From a virus (lineage: Duplodnaviria > Caudoviricetes): a DNA stretch of 28,138 bases. A program made the position numbers and the translations under genes. The notes beneath the pieces are model-generated. The model was not told the DNA's origin, made no database searches, and worked only from the letters and a program-made list of their open reading frames with translations. Shown here one piece after another: positions 24,909 through 28,138 of the stretch (position 1 is the stretch's first letter; the number at the start of each line of letters is the position of its first letter). The stretch is from IMG/VR virus record IMGVR_UViG_3300020045_000347, positions 1 through 28,138 of that record. The stretch is one strand, 5' to 3'.

Positions 24909-27164
24909 CTACATTGGCATTTCAGGTGCCGCTGCAGGTCCACCCATAGGTTCTGGTGTAGTGCTACCATCAGGTGGGGCTGCAGTGTTTCCTCCAGTAC
25001 TCTTGATGTAACCATCTGCCATAGCAAGCAATTCCTCAATTGTTTTCTGCTTAGGTAACTCCGCCCCCTCTTTAGCTGCCATGATATATAGCTTGGCCCA
25101 CTCTTGTTGTGATTTATCCAATGCAACCATAAGCTGCTTTGTATTATCCTGCATAGCGTTGCGAGATTGTACATTAGTCAGATCAAGTGTGGCTTGTCTC
25201 TGAGCGATATCTAGCTGCTTAAGTTGTTCTTCCAGAGCGCGTTTCTTCTCTTCAGCTTGAGCTTCGGCCTGTCTACTTTGTTCAGCTTTCTGCTTAAAGT
25301 CATCAGCGGTATAGTCAACAAGATAGTCAAGAGGGTCAAGATCCATCGCTTCCAGTGTTTTACATGCAATACGTACTGCAGCTTCTGGGTTTATCGCACC
25401 ACCTGCACCAGCCGCTTGTAAAGCCGGTAGAAGTTGTGAGCCAATCATATTCATCTTCTTGACAGTGCTACTATTACCATTCTCACCCACATCTGCATCA
25501 ATATATAGCACAAGGTCACTAGGCAATGTTGACGGATCTACCGTTTTGAATATGTCGTTCTGATTTGTGTACTTAACCTCTTGGCCACGTAGCTTTTCCC
25601 GCAGCATTTTGTAGACACCATTGACTAGACGCTTGAATCCTGTCTCAGCGAATCGTCTTGCCATGAACTGAATGCGTACTTGAGCCGCAGATTGTGCTCT
25701 TTGCATCTTTTCCTCTGAATTACCAGAGACATACAGCGTATCATTCAAACCTTGGGCAGCTTTTGACATACCAGTGGCTTGTTCCTTGTGGAGCTGCAAC
25801 ATTTCCAGAAGTGGAACAGTACCTTGACTGATTGTATCAGGCGTCATAGCAGCAACAGCGGTATTTGGGTTACCATTTGTAGCAATAATCTGTTTTGGCT
25901 TCATATTCTGCAGTGCAGAGAAGTCAACAACATTAGGATCAGCTAACTTTGGTGAATAATTAGTAAGATACACATTCTCAACGAAACCGCGTAGTACAGC
26001 TGTAGTCGCCATGGTAGTTGGTCTAACCATATCAGCAACAGATAGTCCAAAGAACTCGTGCGGAACCTCAAACGGGCACAATGATGCTAATGGAATGGAA
26101 TCCGCATCTTCTTCCAGTAGAATTGTGCCTCCAGCGATGATGAAATGTTTGAGTTCTGCAATAGCGTCGCCATCCCGGTCGACTCGTAGCCAACATTCAA
26201 TAACAGTGAGCTGTCGAGACGCCTCTGTGGGGAATAACTCACGAGAGTTTCCACCTAACCAGTACTCTTCACCTACTAAACGCTTACGAGCAGCCTGCTC
26301 TTCAGTGTATTTAGTGGCCCAATCGTAGCTGCCATCACCAATCTGATCCCAATCGATCTTTTCCGCTACATCAGGGAAATATTTACGGATTTCAGACCGA
26401 GTCATATCAATCTGAATACCAACGAACGATGCATCATCAAGAGAATGGGCATCCCGTGTAATACGGAAGCACTCTGGGTGGACATTCTTGATCTGAATTC
26501 TGGTCTTGTTGTTCTTTTTCTTTAATCGAACGTCCTTATAGACCATTACATACTCAGATTGTCCTGTCTCTTCATTCCTTTTTAGCTCTTGATCATACTT
26601 TAACTGACCAATAATCTCAATACCTTCTTCTGCTAGTACAATATCGAGATTCTCTTGCGAAATCGAGTCATATTCTTCGAAAGAATATTCAAAATCTTCA
26701 ATAAATTCCCATCTTACGATACTATTTTTCCATAGCAAGGCAGCTTTCGTCCATGTATTCAAGATAGCCCACCCATCGTTCTGTTTGAAGATGGTGTAGT
26801 TAACCAGATCACTAGCTACTTTTGCTTTATGGTAATCATTCGGTTGTGATCCCGCTGGTATAAAACGAGCTAGCTTATTATTATTGAACATAAGCTCAGA
26901 AATAATAGCAGCATACCCCTCCACCGCCTCAACTGTGTCGGATGACACAATTTGTGATACACCCTGTGGTGTAAGGTGAAACTGTGGTATCATACCGTAC
27001 TCGTAGGTGGCCTTCTGCCGTTCTCGAGCGAGATCACTAGAGTTAAGGAAGTCACCAACAGAGTTCATTACACCCTGTTCGATCATCGCTAGGAGTTCTT
27101 CGTCCCCTACGATGTCGCCCTCTTTGACAGTAAATGTCACATTCCTATTTGTAGATCCGTTCAT
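24909..27164 (-). CDS. Portal protein (P22-like, long form)
   Basis: 751 aa; GVSQIVSSDTVEAVE, ECWLRVDRDGD..AEL, PHEFFGLSVAD and ARRFAETG motifs; C-terminal coiled coil; lies between terminase and scaffold. Confidence 0.92.
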   Translation of the reverse strand: MNGSTNRNVTFTVKEGDIVGDEELLAMIEQGVMNSVGDFLNSSDLARERQKATYEYGMIPQFHLTPQGVSQIVSSDTVEAVEGYAAIISELMFNNNKLARFIPAGSQPNDYHKAKVASDLVNYTIFKQNDGWAILNTWTKAALLWKNSIVRWEFIEDFEYSFEEYDSISQENLDIVLAEEGIEIIGQLKYDQELKRNEETGQSEYVMVYKDVRLKKKNNKTRIQIKNVHPECFRITRDAHSLDDASFVGIQIDMTRSEIRKYFPDVAEKIDWDQIGDGSYDWATKYTEEQAARKRLVGEEYWLGGNSRELFPTEASRQLTVIECWLRVDRDGDAIAELKHFIIAGGTILLEEDADSIPLASLCPFEVPHEFFGLSVADMVRPTTMATTAVLRGFVENVYLTNYSPKLADPNVVDFSALQNMKPKQIIATNGNPNTAVAAMTPDTISQGTVPLLEMLQLHKEQATGMSKAAQGLNDTLYVSGNSEEKMQRAQSAAQVRIQFMARRFAETGFKRLVNGVYKMLREKLRGQEVKYTNQNDIFKTVDPSTLPSDLVLYIDADVGENGNSSTVKKMNMIGSQLLPALQAAGAGGAINPEAAVRIACKTLEAMDLDPLDYLVDYTADDFKQKAEQSRQAEAQAEEKKRALEEQLKQLDIAQRQATLDLTNVQSRNAMQDNTKQLMVALDKSQQEWAKLYIMAAKEGAELPKQKTIEELLAMADGYIKSTGGNTAAPPDGSTTPEPMGGPAAAPEMPM

Positions 27165-27269
27165 TGTTACCTTTCAATCAGTCAATCAAAGGTCAACAAT
27201 GACCAGTGAGTATTGCTCGTCAATACGAACAAACTAGTGTTAGTGATATACTGCATTTCACCCGGTATA

Positions 27270-27608
27270 TCAGCGGATTTGACACAAGGAAATTATTCTC
27301 TTTAGGTACCGACTAATTGCCCATATAATTGTACCACAAAATAGTAGTACAGAGCTTACTAGTATTCCATATATGGGTATCGGTTTACATGGCTCCATAT
27401 CATGATGCAGAACCTCTCCATAGAAACCTACCAGCGAATGTATAGGTGTGGGTAGATCACTCCCCGGTACAAAGTGTGTAAGCTCGCTATGGTCATTCGT
27501 GTACTGCACATGCGCTACAGGCCAATGTGTACTCTTCCTGAAAACAACCCTACCACCCTCATCGCTCCACTTGTCTAGGGCATAAAATAGGCATTGACTC
27601 CAAACCAC
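27270..27608 (-). CDS. Hypothetical protein with C-terminal TM helix
   Basis: GTG start overlapping the upstream TAG; IYGILVSSVLLFCGTIIWAI followed by basic residues. Confidence 0.6.
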   Translation of the reverse strand: MVWSQCLFYALDKWSDEGGRVVFRKSTHWPVAHVQYTNDHSELTHFVPGSDLPTPIHSLVGFYGEVLHHDMEPCKPIPIYGILVSSVLLFCGTIIWAISRYLKRIISLCQIR

Positions 27609-27748
27609 TACTTACCACGGGGGTTAAAATCCTTTGGAATCTTCTCACCAATCTTCTCTTGTGGATTTACAAGTTTAACTGGTTTTGGTACTTTAGCAAA
27701 AGAACTAATTTGTTTCTTCTGCTCTGATGTTAGTTTTAGATCAATCAT
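27608..27748 (-). CDS. 46-aa basic hypothetical protein (not in track)
   Basis: MIDLKLTSEQKKQISSFAKVPKPVKLVNPQEKIGEKIPKDFNPRGK; SD AGAGGA directly after the terminase stop. Confidence 0.65.
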   Translation of the reverse strand: MIDLKLTSEQKKQISSFAKVPKPVKLVNPQEKIGEKIPKDFNPRGK

Positions 27749-27758
27749 ATTTATCCTC

Positions 27759-28138
27759 TTATAGCCAAGTTGTTTCTACACTCTGTATGCTACCTATCTT
27801 CTGCGTGTAGGGTACTCTATTAGTTGTCAATCGGTCACCGTGTGTTCTGATTACTTCCAGAGCAATAGCCAATGCAATCACCGTGTCATCGTTAGAACCC
27901 ACTGATCCACCAGTTTTACCAGAATCATTAACAACAAAGTTAAGTAACTCTGATATCATAATCTTGGATGGGATCCAGATCTCTTCATTCTCAATAGCTG
28001 ACTTAAGGAATCCAATAATCATGGGTTTAGACGAGCTAGTTGTTCTCCAACCCATCCGCATACCCTCTTCCTTGGATACGTTAGCTGCCTTCGTCTGGAA
28101 GTACATGTTGACATAGTTCATCTGTACAAGTCTGTTTA
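27759..28138 (-). CDS. terL: Terminase large subunit, C-terminal RNase H-like nuclease domain (5' truncated)
   Basis: Frame is open to the window edge; GWRTTSSSKP, ELLNFV and NDDTVIALAIA motifs; upstream of portal. Confidence 0.88.
   Translation of the reverse strand, partial: NRLVQMNYVNMYFQTKAANVSKEEGMRMGWRTTSSSKPMIIGFLKSAIENEEIWIPSKIMISELLNFVVNDSGKTGGSVGSNDDTVIALAIALEVIRTHGDRLTTNRVPYTQKIGSIQSVETTWL

Noticed and set aside
6346-25174. Nested alternative-frame minus ORFs (6346-6573, 7090-7386, 9523-9768, 12771-12965, 19152-19355, 19504-19794, 21918-22100, 23366-23641, 24863-25174)
   Set aside because: They overlap better-supported genes. None shows a lipobox in a position suggesting an embedded Rz1.
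27240-27290. Hammerhead ribozyme or tRNA (CUGAU...GAAA seen on the minus strand)
   Set aside because: The core reads CUGAUAU rather than CUGAUGA, the stem geometry does not fit, and there is no cloverleaf or T-loop.
26-28116. All plus-strand ORFs in the track (e.g. 4659-5318, 6297-6812, 20235-20645)
   Set aside because: They lie antisense to coherent minus-strand genes, have shadow-like composition and show no recognisable motifs.
1-28138. Stop-codon reassignment or CRISPR array
   Set aside because: TAA, TAG and TGA all end genes at tight junctions and long genes are intact in code 11; no repeat-spacer pattern was seen.

Overview
The whole window is the virion-morphogenesis (late) operon of a tailed, short-tail (podovirus-type) dsDNA phage. 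All genes are on the minus strand and tightly coupled. In transcription order (right to left): terminase large subunit C-terminus, two small ORFs, portal, a free-standing endonuclease-VII-type HNH gene, two small ORFs, scaffold, major capsid protein (DUF5309/SU10-type) with a terminator, and small head-region genes. Then come an accessory fibre module containing a GC-rich swapped cassette, the tail adaptor, a repeat-containing fibre/adaptor, and two tailspikes. These are followed by a GH108 endolysin-holin pair, the tail nozzle, a C1q-tipped fibre, a GNAT-like protein and five internal/ejection proteins. Gene order and capsid type resemble Zobellviridae-like podoviruses (inference). The ORF track misses the largest gene, 3651 to <1 (at least 1217 codons, open to the edge). 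Its N-terminus is a recognisable staphylococcal-nuclease (SNase) domain, and it sits beside an ejection protein carrying a lytic transglycosylase and a lambda-gpH-like module. Three tiny ORFs and some structured intergenic regions are also missed by the track. Family calls come from motif recognition by eye; no database search was run.
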